Shown piece by piece: positions 48,131-56,761 of a stretch of DNA of 64,000 nt. The notes under the pieces were generated by a model. The model was not told the DNA's origin. It did no database searches and saw only the letters and a program-made list of their open reading frames with translations. The DNA is from Escherichia phage dw-ec. The DNA lies in sequence record OL739525.1, one strand, 5' to 3'. How positions within the stretch are numbered: the stretch's first letter is position 1; each line of letters starts with the position of its first letter. The position numbers and the translations under genes were made by a program.

Positions 48131-48528
48131 TACAAACCCTCCTTCAGATTATCAAGAGCTACAGTGGTTTCACAAAATTCTCCATAAGCTTTATGATGTT
48201 CCAGAAAAGCTTCGGGTCCACCCCAGTCATTATCTTGTGTATTCCAGCCATCTATAAAAGCATCTTCAATGATTGTGATCAGTTCCTGTCGAGTCAACGT
48301 AATGGTATCAGGTTTCTGCGTAGTTTCCACACGGAACCCTGGTTCTTCATAAAAACCTTTAGTTATAATGGATTCTAACTCTTCTGCATCACAGAGGAAG
48401 TAGCCACAAAGATAACACCAACCGTCATCATCTTTCATTACTTCATAAACTTCACCACTTGCCAAATTAGTGAAAAGAGTAGGGTCTGTTACTGTAAGTT
48501 TTAAAAGAATACCTGTTGGATTATACAT
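48130..48528 (-). CDS. hypothetical protein
   Basis: 132 aa ORF with overlapping start and stop. Confidence 0.45.
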   Translation of the reverse strand: MYNPTGILLKLTVTDPTLFTNLASGEVYEVMKDDDGWCYLCGYFLCDAEELESIITKGFYEEPGFRVETTQKPDTITLTRQELITIIEDAFIDGWNTQDNDWGGPEAFLEHHKAYGEFCETTVALDNLKEGL

Positions 48529-48693
48529 CTTCTTCCTCCTCTAAAATATGGAACCCGTAATTACAATAATCCTGAAAGGTTTCGTGTGCAAGATCTTCTA
48601 TATCCTCTTGAGACATATCATCTTCAATTTCGATATCCACAACCTCATTGCATCCACACCAAGCAGTTTCAATATTCACTCGTAGTATTTTCA

Positions 48694-48891
48694 TTACTCC
48701 TCCTCCTCATTGAAGTCAATATCTGCAAGGAGTTCGAATTTACGGAAGTTACGACAACCTTCATAAATATAACAATCACGACAAACTGCTAGAACACTTG
48801 GGGGATATATACCTCCCATCGGCGCGAATCGTTTTTCGTCATCATAACGGACACCAATGTCCTCATCAATTATATAGATACGGATTCTCAT
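48694..48891 (-). CDS. hypothetical small protein
   Basis: 65 aa ORF. Confidence 0.35.
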   Translation of the reverse strand: MRIRIYIIDEDIGVRYDDEKRFAPMGGIYPPSVLAVCRDCYIYEGCRNFRKFELLADIDFNEEEE

Positions 48892-50000
48892 TTACCAAGC
48901 CCTCGTTTCACAGCAGCTACCATCCCGTCTTCCAGAGATTGAACTTCATTAATATAATCAACACGAGCAGCACGGGCTTCCGTATTGATGCGGTTAGTTT
49001 CTTCCAACATCTTAACCAAGTTTTCCTGATCGTGACGCAGAGTTTCAATATCCAACACTTGACGGTTAGCCAGTGCTGCTGCTTCGATCTGATTCTGTGT
49101 GGCAAGATCGCTACCCAGTTTAATTGCCAGGTTAAATTCATCAAGAACGTTATTCTGCGTCTCTGCTGCTTTCATTTGACGTAAGCTCTCGATATACATT
49201 GAGAAGTTAGCAGAGTAAGCAGGAATAACATTATTTACTATGTTACGCGCAGATCGCATTAAGCTTGCAGAAACTTTTTGCATACCTTGTACACGCGGTC
49301 CCATTTGGACACACAGTAGGCGCAATGCTTTTAAATCTGCAATACGAATCTCCAGAAGATCCAAAGTATCTCGGATCACTTGTCGCTGTTCTACTGCATC
49401 TTCTGGAAGAGCAGCCAAAGCTTGTTCTTCTTTTTCATAGGTTGCTGTTAGAAGCTGCATATCTCGGTTCAAACTTGCAGCATATTGTCCAATAGCTTGA
49501 TGTAGCTTTTCAAGATATACCAAGGAATCTTCTTCTTTGCGAATATCCATTTGAAGGTTCTTTACCAACTCTTCAATACGGTTATTAACATTATCAAACT
49601 CCCCGAACAGGTCTTCTTTCATACCCATAACTTTTTTAATGAGTTTAGTAATACCCTTGCTTTGTTTAATAGAGTTTGGATCAAGTTGTTTTGCCTGTTT
49701 AATCAAAGCTGTAAGTCGTTCACTCATCTGATCGCCTTGATTACTACGTTGATGTTTTAACACCTCGGCATTCAAGGAACGCAAGGTTGTTCCTGCCTCT
49801 GCCCCAATCTCTTCAATCTCTTGTCGGGTCATAGAAGGCAAAACTGGAACTTCTTGCGGTGCCGCTGGTGCATAAACAGGACTGGCATCTAACACGCTTG
49901 GAGCGAATACAGATTTACTTGCATCTGTTGTTGCAGCGAATACACTCATTTCAGACTTCTTCTGACCACCAGTAGCTGCTTTTAAAAATGGACTTGTCAT
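48888..50000 (-). CDS. TelA-like (toxic anion resistance family) coiled-coil protein, tentative
   Basis: 370 aa, largely helical, of the size expected for TelA/KlaB-type proteins and flanked by TerD, vWA and TerC genes. No diagnostic motif verified. Confidence 0.4.
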   Translation of the reverse strand: MTSPFLKAATGGQKKSEMSVFAATTDASKSVFAPSVLDASPVYAPAAPQEVPVLPSMTRQEIEEIGAEAGTTLRSLNAEVLKHQRSNQGDQMSERLTALIKQAKQLDPNSIKQSKGITKLIKKVMGMKEDLFGEFDNVNNRIEELVKNLQMDIRKEEDSLVYLEKLHQAIGQYAASLNRDMQLLTATYEKEEQALAALPEDAVEQRQVIRDTLDLLEIRIADLKALRLLCVQMGPRVQGMQKVSASLMRSARNIVNNVIPAYSANFSMYIESLRQMKAAETQNNVLDEFNLAIKLGSDLATQNQIEAAALANRQVLDIETLRHDQENLVKMLEETNRINTEARAARVDYINEVQSLEDGMVAAVKRGLGK

Positions 50001-50587
50001 TCTTCATTCTCCTCTTCTGCATCTCTTATATATGGTGAAACACCGTACTCTTTAGCTACTTTAACCCAATCATCCCATTTATACAACCATAATTTTCCTT
50101 CAGTTCCTTCTTTATCTGATTTCAACCACATGTTAGGTTGCTTGCCTGGGTACATGCGATTAGGTTTACGATTATAACCTCTAACACATCTTGTCGCAAA
50201 CCTATCTACCAGAACAAGAACATATTTATACTCGTGGTTCAACGGCTCTTTGGAAGTGGCTTTAGGATTAGCCCCTAACTCTGCTGCCAGTTTTTGCCAA
50301 TGAGCACCGTGCCTACTAAACTTACCCATACAACCATCAATAGCGTGAGCAATTTCGTGCTTCATTGTATCCACGATCATATCTCTTGTAGAGTTCTTAT
50401 GCAAGTGCCAATTTACAACAACAATTTTATCTCGGTAGTTGCACCAACCGAAAGAGTTATTCACTTTGTTTCTAACACAAGCTTTATATCCTGCTTCACG
50501 TAACATGTTGTAGTAAACAGGAAAATCTTCTTTTATTTCCTGCATCACTTCCCACCACAAGAGTTGCAAGTCTCTCTCGGTATGCAT
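49997..50587 (-). CDS. SprT-like zinc metallopeptidase (putative)
   Basis: 196 aa with HExxH in TMKHEIAHAIDG...HGAHW, arranged as in SprT-family proteins. Confidence 0.5.
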   Translation of the reverse strand: MHTERDLQLLWWEVMQEIKEDFPVYYNMLREAGYKACVRNKVNNSFGWCNYRDKIVVVNWHLHKNSTRDMIVDTMKHEIAHAIDGCMGKFSRHGAHWQKLAAELGANPKATSKEPLNHEYKYVLVLVDRFATRCVRGYNRKPNRMYPGKQPNMWLKSDKEGTEGKLWLYKWDDWVKVAKEYGVSPYIRDAEEENEE

Positions 50588-50589
50588 AC

Positions 50590-51183
50590 TTACACCTTAA
50601 AAGCGAAATGCGTGGTCGTGGCTTCAAAATCAGGGCCAGATAAACTTGCACTGAAATCTGAAATATTTGTAATTAAAAAGCTTTTATGCATACCTAACAC
50701 AGCCACGCTTTCAATATCTTCTACTAACATTTCAATCATGTTAGAAACATGGCTGAACGTATAGTTTTGTTTTTTGATGGTGTAGAAAGAAAGACTCTCA
50801 CCTGCTGTATAAGATACTTCTTCAAAATCTTTAATCGTATACTGTGTCCCATCAGTAAAGAAAATGGTAGCTTTATTAGTAGCACGTTTCTTGTTTTTTG
50901 GTCCTTTTTTACGTTTACTGCGAGTAGGCAAACCGTTTGGAAATACCGTAGCTACAAATTCTTCAGGAGAAACCTCCTTACCGAAATCATAACCGTAAGA
51001 AACAGCGTCTATAAACTCGTCGTCTTCATTTTTAAAATAATGAAAATAGGGCCAATTTGAGAGATTATCGAGCATCTTATGCTCATCCACAGCAGAGAAC
51101 GTATCCCTCAAAGCACGTGTGATTTGCAAAGCATTAGGCAAACTTTTAACACCTGTAATGGAAGTACGGATAGAAATTGTCAT
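50590..51183 (-). CDS. hypothetical protein
   Basis: 197 aa ORF. Confidence 0.45.
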   Translation of the reverse strand: MTISIRTSITGVKSLPNALQITRALRDTFSAVDEHKMLDNLSNWPYFHYFKNEDDEFIDAVSYGYDFGKEVSPEEFVATVFPNGLPTRSKRKKGPKNKKRATNKATIFFTDGTQYTIKDFEEVSYTAGESLSFYTIKKQNYTFSHVSNMIEMLVEDIESVAVLGMHKSFLITNISDFSASLSGPDFEATTTHFAFKV

Positions 51184-51197
51184 TGTTTTTCTCCTTA

Positions 51198-51635
51198 TTA
51201 ACGTCGCTTGCTACGAGATGAACTCTTTTTACTTAAAGGGCTATTGTAAGATTTACGAGTTGTATAGCTACTATTTGTTTTAAAAGTTTGTCTCGGCTTT
51301 TCATAAGTTTTTATCTCTTGTTTAGGCTTACCATAAAAATTAGTTTTCGGTTTAGGTGTATTATAATGCTTATTAATAATCGTTCTGTTATCGTTATAAT
51401 CCCCACTGCTACGATTACTACCGCCACTCATCATATGCCCTAACAACATACCTGTAGCAAACTCACCAACACCGCTACTACTAGAACCGCCACCATTGTT
51501 GATAATAGTTGTATCTCCGTCAGATCCTTGTTGAGCGTATTGTTGAGGAGGTTGTTGGTATTGTGCAGGATTTGTTTCATCCTCGCAAGCTGTTAAAAAG
51601 ATACAACCAATTAAAATCAGGGCTAGTTTTTTCAT
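51198..51635 (-). CDS. lipoprotein (putative)
   Basis: Track ORF 51198-51710. The internal ATG at 51635 (RBS GAGGAAAG) gives MKKLALILIGCIFLTAC with lipobox LTAC, followed by a Gly/Ser-rich region and a basic C-terminus. Confidence 0.5.
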   Translation of the reverse strand: MKKLALILIGCIFLTACEDETNPAQYQQPPQQYAQQGSDGDTTIINNGGGSSSSGVGEFATGMLLGHMMSGGSNRSSGDYNDNRTIINKHYNTPKPKTNFYGKPKQEIKTYEKPRQTFKTNSSYTTRKSYNSPLSKKSSSRSKRR

Positions 51636-51822
51636 ATTTGCTTTCCTCGTTTTGGCTATTAATACATCTGTGTTTGAAATCTCCAGAGAAGCAATAAAGT
51701 TGCTCTCCATCTCGGTATAAACTCACTTTACTGCCGTTGATTACGCTTGTCAATACAAAAATTACAACAAACAACCCTATTGCAAAACAGATATTTTCAA
51801 ACACAACCAACAAGTATTTCAT
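51577..51822 (-). CDS. small membrane protein
   Basis: 81 aa with an N-terminal hydrophobic helix; its 3' end overlaps the lipoprotein gene start. Confidence 0.35.
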   Translation of the reverse strand: MKYLLVVFENICFAIGLFVVIFVLTSVINGSKVSLYRDGEQLYCFSGDFKHRCINSQNEESKYEKTSPDFNWLYLFNSLRG

Positions 51823-52169
51823 TTTAAAAATACCTCATCATCAGTTTCATTATCCCAGAAGAACAAATCCCAACCATTCGGATCATTCCATTTGGCTGCT
51901 GGAGAAGTCCATATTTGTTCAATATCAATATTCAAAACTTCACCGTTTCGTTTTGAAACAGCTTTAGTTAATTCCCAACGAGATACAGGCTCTACTTCTC
52001 CTGAACCACTTCCACAACAAGCTACCACATTAGGAGGCAAATTAATCGGATCTTTGGTCACAATCATAACGCTTACCCCAGGGTAAACTTTTGAAAGATA
52101 ATCTGAAATGTAATCCACATCACCAGGTAAATCCCAAACAAGTTCTTGAATTTCATCAAAATTATTCAT
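51819..52169 (-). CDS. hypothetical protein
   Basis: 116 aa, RBS AGGAGAG. Confidence 0.45.
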   Translation of the reverse strand: MNNFDEIQELVWDLPGDVDYISDYLSKVYPGVSVMIVTKDPINLPPNVVACCGSGSGEVEPVSRWELTKAVSKRNGEVLNIDIEQIWTSPAAKWNDPNGWDLFFWDNETDDEVFLK

Positions 52170-52187
52170 AAGTCTCTCCTATAAAAT

Positions 52188-52205
52188 AGCCTCCCGAAGG
52201 AGGCT
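52188..52205 (-). terminator. hairpin terminator after TerC gene
   Basis: AGCCTCC-TTCG-GGAGGCT on the minus strand, then AUUUUAU. Confidence 0.5.
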
Positions 52206-52211
52206 CATCTA

Positions 52212-53186
52212 TTAAATAGCAGCTTCTTCTTTTTCAGGGAAGATAAAGCTTGCAATAACACCAAGAGCTAATGTGCCTAGAACAATCATCAGACTTACGT
52301 TAGGGGAAATATCATGCGGGAGGAATGACCACTTGGCATGAAGTGTTTCACCGAACGGGTGGTACATAAGTTTAGCACCAACAAACACCAGAACCACAGC
52401 AACAGCTTTCTCTAAGTGAACCAGATATTTCACAGCTACACTCAACACAAAGAAAAGTGCACGTAAACCAAGAACAGCCATCAGCATTGCAGAATAAACT
52501 AGCAGAGGTTCTTGTGTCACACCGATCACAGCCGGAACTGAATCAAAAGAGAAGACAATATCTGTAAGCTCAATAACAAACACACAAAGAAGAGCAGGAG
52601 TTGCATATTTAATACCATTCTTAATGGTGATGAACTTTTCACCATCCAGTGCATTGTGCACAGGCAGAACTTTACCTACTAAACGAACAGCCCAATGCTT
52701 AGAGTAATCAATATCCTCTTCTTCGTCACCACCTTTGATGATAGCCACGGCAGACCAAGCTACAATCAAACCGAACAACACTTGGACCGACCAATGAAGG
52801 TTAAACAAAGCGGTCCCTGCTGCAACAAAAATACCTCGGAAGACAATGGCTCCTGCAATCCCCCAAAGTAGAATCTTATGTTGGAGATGTGTGCTCTTAA
52901 TTCCAAAGCTTGCAAAAATCGCCATGAACACCATCAGGTTATCTACAGAAAGACTCTTTTCCAACACATAGCCACTTAGGAAAAGCGCGGCAAACTCTTT
53001 ACCATGTTCTACCCAAATGAATGCGTAATATCCTAAAGCTAAAGCAATCCAAAAAACAGACCAAAGCAAAGCAGATTTAATTCCAATTTCTTTATTCTCT
53101 TTATGACCAAAGAAATCGATACCAATAGACAATGCCAAAATACCAACTAAAACAACTACATCAATAATTGGGAAACCGAGTTGCAT
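52212..53186 (-). CDS. TerC-family integral membrane protein
   Basis: 324 aa, multiple TM helices. Characteristic GYVLEKSLSVDN and ELTDIVFSFDSVPAV motifs. Confidence 0.7.
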   Translation of the reverse strand: MQLGFPIIDVVVLVGILALSIGIDFFGHKENKEIGIKSALLWSVFWIALALGYYAFIWVEHGKEFAALFLSGYVLEKSLSVDNLMVFMAIFASFGIKSTHLQHKILLWGIAGAIVFRGIFVAAGTALFNLHWSVQVLFGLIVAWSAVAIIKGGDEEEDIDYSKHWAVRLVGKVLPVHNALDGEKFITIKNGIKYATPALLCVFVIELTDIVFSFDSVPAVIGVTQEPLLVYSAMLMAVLGLRALFFVLSVAVKYLVHLEKAVAVVLVFVGAKLMYHPFGETLHAKWSFLPHDISPNVSLMIVLGTLALGVIASFIFPEKEEAAI

Positions 53187-53203
53187 TCTTTTCTCCTCTC
53201 TTT

Positions 53204-53222
53204 GCGGGGAACTATTCCCCGC
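53204..53222 (-). promoter_or_regulatory. 5' leader hairpin upstream of TerC gene
   Basis: GCGGGGA-ACTAT-TCCCCGC between the putative promoter and the RBS AGAGGAGAA. Confidence 0.35.
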
Positions 53223-53234
53223 TTCATGTGATAT

Positions 53235-53262
53235 ATCTTACTCTTTTTAAGAACTATGTCAA
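53235..53262 (-). promoter_or_regulatory. sigma70-like promoter candidate (TTGACA-N16-TAAGAT)
   Basis: On the minus strand, -35 TTGACA at 53262-53257 and -10 TAAGAT at 53240-53235. Confidence 0.4.
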
Positions 53263-53265
53263 CAC

Positions 53266-53487
53266 TTATTTTGTTGAATGAGAGGAAAAGATTCCTCGTA
53301 ATACCGCCAGAATAAACGAAACACAAACCACGGTCCAGAAGGTTACTGGGACAGTGATATCTGCATGACCCATAACTTCAGCAACATAGTTGTAAGCCAG
53401 CAACAGTAACCAAGCTGGAATCAAACTAAGCATAAAAGCAATAACAAAAAAGCTTACCACTGCAACAATACCTGCAAAAACACCCAT
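53266..53487 (-). CDS. small membrane protein (two TM helices)
   Basis: 73 aa, two hydrophobic segments. Confidence 0.4.
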   Translation of the reverse strand: MGVFAGIVAVVSFFVIAFMLSLIPAWLLLLAYNYVAEVMGHADITVPVTFWTVVCVSFILAVLRGIFSSHSTK

Positions 53488-53499
53488 ACTAATCTCCTC

Positions 53500-53973
53500 T
53501 TAAAGTTTATAAATAGTCACATCGTGACCTGTTTTTACTAAAGTTTCTTCAATCATCACTTGGATGATAGCCCAATTACCTCCAGCATATCCAGCGCCAA
53601 TCATAGGTAAGCCGATCTTACATTTTTGGTCACGGAGAAGCAAATCATTAGCCATAGCTATTAGTGCATCGTAAAGTGCATCATAGTCCAACTGACGACC
53701 TTTAGCATTGTATCCATAACGGTATTGCCCGTATAGATTATATACCAAAGGGTCTGATTGTTCGTCTGGCACCCCTAAACTAAAACAACCTAGTTTACTT
53801 TGATCACCAGCCATTGTGTCTAAGTCTGCTGCATATGCGTAAGGAAATGCTTGTTTGATTTGTGGGGCAATACCTGCCCCCATATTACACATACAGTTGC
53901 AACAATGAGCAATAACAGTTACTTCACCTGCTTTAGCGGCATCAATAAGATTACCTCTTTTCATTTTAAGCAT
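53500..53973 (-). CDS. macro-domain-like protein (tentative)
   Basis: Track ORF 53500-54078. The ATG at 53973 follows RBS AAGGAG. Segments VIAHCCNCMCNMGAGIA and KIGLPMIGAGYAGGNW resemble macro-domain motifs; a LOG-like fold is an alternative. Confidence 0.35.
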   Translation of the reverse strand: MLKMKRGNLIDAAKAGEVTVIAHCCNCMCNMGAGIAPQIKQAFPYAYAADLDTMAGDQSKLGCFSLGVPDEQSDPLVYNLYGQYRYGYNAKGRQLDYDALYDALIAMANDLLLRDQKCKIGLPMIGAGYAGGNWAIIQVMIEETLVKTGHDVTIYKL

Positions 53974-53986
53974 TTTTAGCTCCTTA

Positions 53987-54814
53987 TTACAGAATGTGTT
54001 GTTTTGTGTAACGATCCAAGAATTCAAAGTTTTCAGCATACTTTGAAATTCGGTTGTAACCTTCTCCCAAACATCCAAAGAAAAGTTGCTCTACATAGTA
54101 ATGTGGCAATTGGCTAAGAATGATTTTGAAGTCTTCATGATTTTGGCCCATAAGATACTTAATAGGACGAACAAGACACTGTGCATCACGTTCTTCATTA
54201 ATCATTTTAACAAACGCTTCTGGTGTATTAATGTAGTTAAAATTCAGTTTAGCTTCGGTATCTGCTTGATTACCTTCGTATTTTGCAAAATACAAGAAGT
54301 AAACATCATTTTTAACTTGATTTTCATCAAGGATCTCAATCAGTTTGTCTTCATGCGTTCCAGTGATATTTACATCATCAATGAATACAAGCTTCTTATC
54401 ACCCCAGAATTCTTTGTTGCAGTAGAATGTATCCCCATCAATAAGTTTCTTACGACTAGCTTTATCCAAGAAACCATAATCGTTGATATAGCTAACTTTA
54501 CGATGAATAATGTCCAGTTCTGCTGAACGACCTTGATCATATTGTGATTGCAACATATTAAAATAATTAATAAAATGATCTGTCATCATTGTTGCAGCAT
54601 TATGCACATGGTTATAAGGAGAAGGAATGATAACAAATTGTTCCCCAATATGTTTCATTGCCACTTGAGCAAAAAACTGAAGTGCCAATTCTTTACCCAT
54701 ACGACGCGCAGCTTGGTTACTACCAAATTTCAATTTTGAATAATCTTGGATATCAAAAGTAGCAGTTTCCAGGTCATCAAATTTATTTGCAAAAATTTGA
54801 GTTTGATTACGCAT
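53987..54814 (-). CDS. phosphoribosyltransferase-fold protein (PRTase or PRPP-synthetase-like)
   Basis: 275 aa. PRPP-binding-type motif KKLVFIDDVNITGTHEDK. Confidence 0.55.
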   Translation of the reverse strand: MRNQTQIFANKFDDLETATFDIQDYSKLKFGSNQAARRMGKELALQFFAQVAMKHIGEQFVIIPSPYNHVHNAATMMTDHFINYFNMLQSQYDQGRSAELDIIHRKVSYINDYGFLDKASRKKLIDGDTFYCNKEFWGDKKLVFIDDVNITGTHEDKLIEILDENQVKNDVYFLYFAKYEGNQADTEAKLNFNYINTPEAFVKMINEERDAQCLVRPIKYLMGQNHEDFKIILSQLPHYYVEQLFFGCLGEGYNRISKYAENFEFLDRYTKQHIL

Positions 54815-55463
54815 TTACAATTTCTCCTCTTTTAAGTTTCTCTAGTAAGTCGTTAGGGTTCTTAATATGACAGAAGTTAAATCCTAAGTCAACACATTTT
54901 CCATCATATTCTTCACTATCACCTACATGCAACACTTCGTGCCCTAACAGAGGGATCGGAGAATACGTGAGCGTGCGAGCAAAGAATCGCGGATCTGGTT
55001 TACAAAGTAAAGCTTCATCCGAGAAATGGGTGAACTCAAAACAATTCCAACTATCAAACTTACAAGCACGACGCAGGATATCCCCTGATATGAAGTTGGT
55101 ATTGCTCTTAATACTCAAATCATAACGCCCCGAAAGATACAGCAAGTACATCGGCAGATCCACGGCTACGTGTGGTGGAAACTTAAGGAACCACTGTTCA
55201 CACTCGAAACGAAGCTTTGCAGACTTCCAAGGCGTTATCCCAAGTTCAGAACCAAGTCTTTCCCAGGCGTATGCTGCACACTCGGCTTTGCCTTGAAGTG
55301 CTGCATTATCCAGTTCCTTTTTGATCTTTTTATAAGCTGCTCTTGCTTCCACTTCCGTAATATCTCCATATTTTGCGATAGTCCAGGCTCGCATGTCTGC
55401 GTAATTGGAGTTTGCTGTGATCAGTGTGTTCCATACATCAAAAGAGATATGTTTAATAGTCAT
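54807..55463 (-). CDS. HAD-superfamily hydrolase (putative)
   Basis: 218 aa. Motif I-like SFDVWNTLI, LCKPDPRFF and HVGDSEEYDG. Confidence 0.55.
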   Translation of the reverse strand: MTIKHISFDVWNTLITANSNYADMRAWTIAKYGDITEVEARAAYKKIKKELDNAALQGKAECAAYAWERLGSELGITPWKSAKLRFECEQWFLKFPPHVAVDLPMYLLYLSGRYDLSIKSNTNFISGDILRRACKFDSWNCFEFTHFSDEALLCKPDPRFFARTLTYSPIPLLGHEVLHVGDSEEYDGKCVDLGFNFCHIKNPNDLLEKLKRGEIVNA

Positions 55464-55464
55464 A

Positions 55465-56070
55465 TTAAGCCCACCATGCGTCTAAGTTAAGATTACTGTC
55501 CACTACCACTTGTTCTATGTGGTAGCCTTTTATCTGTATCCCACTATTCAAGAGCATATCATACGCTTCATTGAAACGCAACTTATCTTCTGCGGAATAT
55601 AAGCGAGCATTATAAAATCGGTAATCAACTTCTTCAGCATTAGAAGAAATACGGAAGAAGTTTGTTTCTACTTCGGGATCACTTGCTGAAGTCTTAATGT
55701 GAACTTCTCCGTAATTTTCTTTACTTAGATCCATGAAAAGAACACAGGCAACATGTTTAAACATTCGTTCCAGCTTGTAACGAACAACATTGAAACCTGC
55801 ATTCTCAAGTTTTTCTACACACTGCAACATTAAAGTAGTGTCGAGATCGCTTTGATACTTTGTTAACATACGATCACGTTGAGACTTTGTATCCCGATGT
55901 AAATCAATTGTTGTGCATTTGGCACCAATAATCTTAGCTGCTTTCATCAACTCTTCAGAACTAACGTTAGATAAAGTAAGATGAAAATGGGCTTTCCACA
56001 CTTTTTTAGCAGGGACACCAAAAGATTTATCCCCACTATTCGGCATGTTGACTACTACACTATGTTGCAT
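55465..56070 (-). CDS. hypothetical protein (possible divergent 2H phosphoesterase)
   Basis: 201 aa. One clear H-x-T-x motif (AHFHLTLSN); the second (VHIKTS) is poor. Confidence 0.4.
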   Translation of the reverse strand: MQHSVVVNMPNSGDKSFGVPAKKVWKAHFHLTLSNVSSEELMKAAKIIGAKCTTIDLHRDTKSQRDRMLTKYQSDLDTTLMLQCVEKLENAGFNVVRYKLERMFKHVACVLFMDLSKENYGEVHIKTSASDPEVETNFFRISSNAEEVDYRFYNARLYSAEDKLRFNEAYDMLLNSGIQIKGYHIEQVVVDSNLNLDAWWA

Positions 56071-56085
56071 TACTTATCTCCTCAC

Positions 56086-56310
56086 TTAAAATGGAAGTCT
56101 TTGAAGTTCATCTCCTCCGATATCAAGTAATTTAGCAACATCTCGATCAGAAAGCAACTCTTTTCTTTGTAAAATATCCACAAGGGTTGCAAGAATATCC
56201 TTAACGTCCCGATCACTGTTCTTCAAAAGTTCTCCTGCCGTCCCTACTCTATCTCCTACAGCAAAATATGTAACCATAAAACCTCCTAAGTTAATCTGAT
56301 TGCCAACCAC
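56086..56310 (-). CDS. hypothetical small protein
   Basis: 74 aa ORF overlapping the nrdG start region. Confidence 0.35.
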   Translation of the reverse strand: MVGNQINLGGFMVTYFAVGDRVGTAGELLKNSDRDVKDILATLVDILQRKELLSDRDVAKLLDIGGDELQRLPF

Positions 56311-56761
56311 TTGCCGTTTTGGTCCATAATCTTTGATTATCTGACCCTCTGAAAGGTTTTGTAGTTGGATTGTTTATTTCATACTTTCCGTCTACAATAA
56401 TGTCAACAAGATTTTTAATATACAAAGGCACTTCCTCAAAAGTATATCCTGTATACACCATTATATCTTTGCTTGACCCATAAACGTCTCTAACCTTTTC
56501 TATAAGGTTTTTAACATTGTAAATATTCTGCGGATCTAATGGCTCTCCTCCTAAAATTGTTAAACCTTTTACAAACGGTCTTGACAAATCTTTTAAAACT
56601 TGCTCTACATTTTCGTGAGTGAACGGTTTCCCATAAGAATAAGACCAGGCTTTTTGGTTAAAACAGCCACGACAACCGTGGCTACAACCACTAACCCAGA
56701 GGGAGCACCTAACTCCCTCACCATTAATAAGATCTACAGGTTCATATCCTGCAAAATTCAA
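56291..56761 (-). CDS. nrdG: anaerobic ribonucleotide reductase activating protein (radical SAM)
   Basis: 156 aa with CSHGCRGC radical-SAM cluster motif; coupled to nrdD by an ATGA overlap. Confidence 0.8.
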   Translation of the reverse strand: MNFAGYEPVDLINGEGVRCSLWVSGCSHGCRGCFNQKAWSYSYGKPFTHENVEQVLKDLSRPFVKGLTILGGEPLDPQNIYNVKNLIEKVRDVYGSSKDIMVYTGYTFEEVPLYIKNLVDIIVDGKYEINNPTTKPFRGSDNQRLWTKTASGWQSD

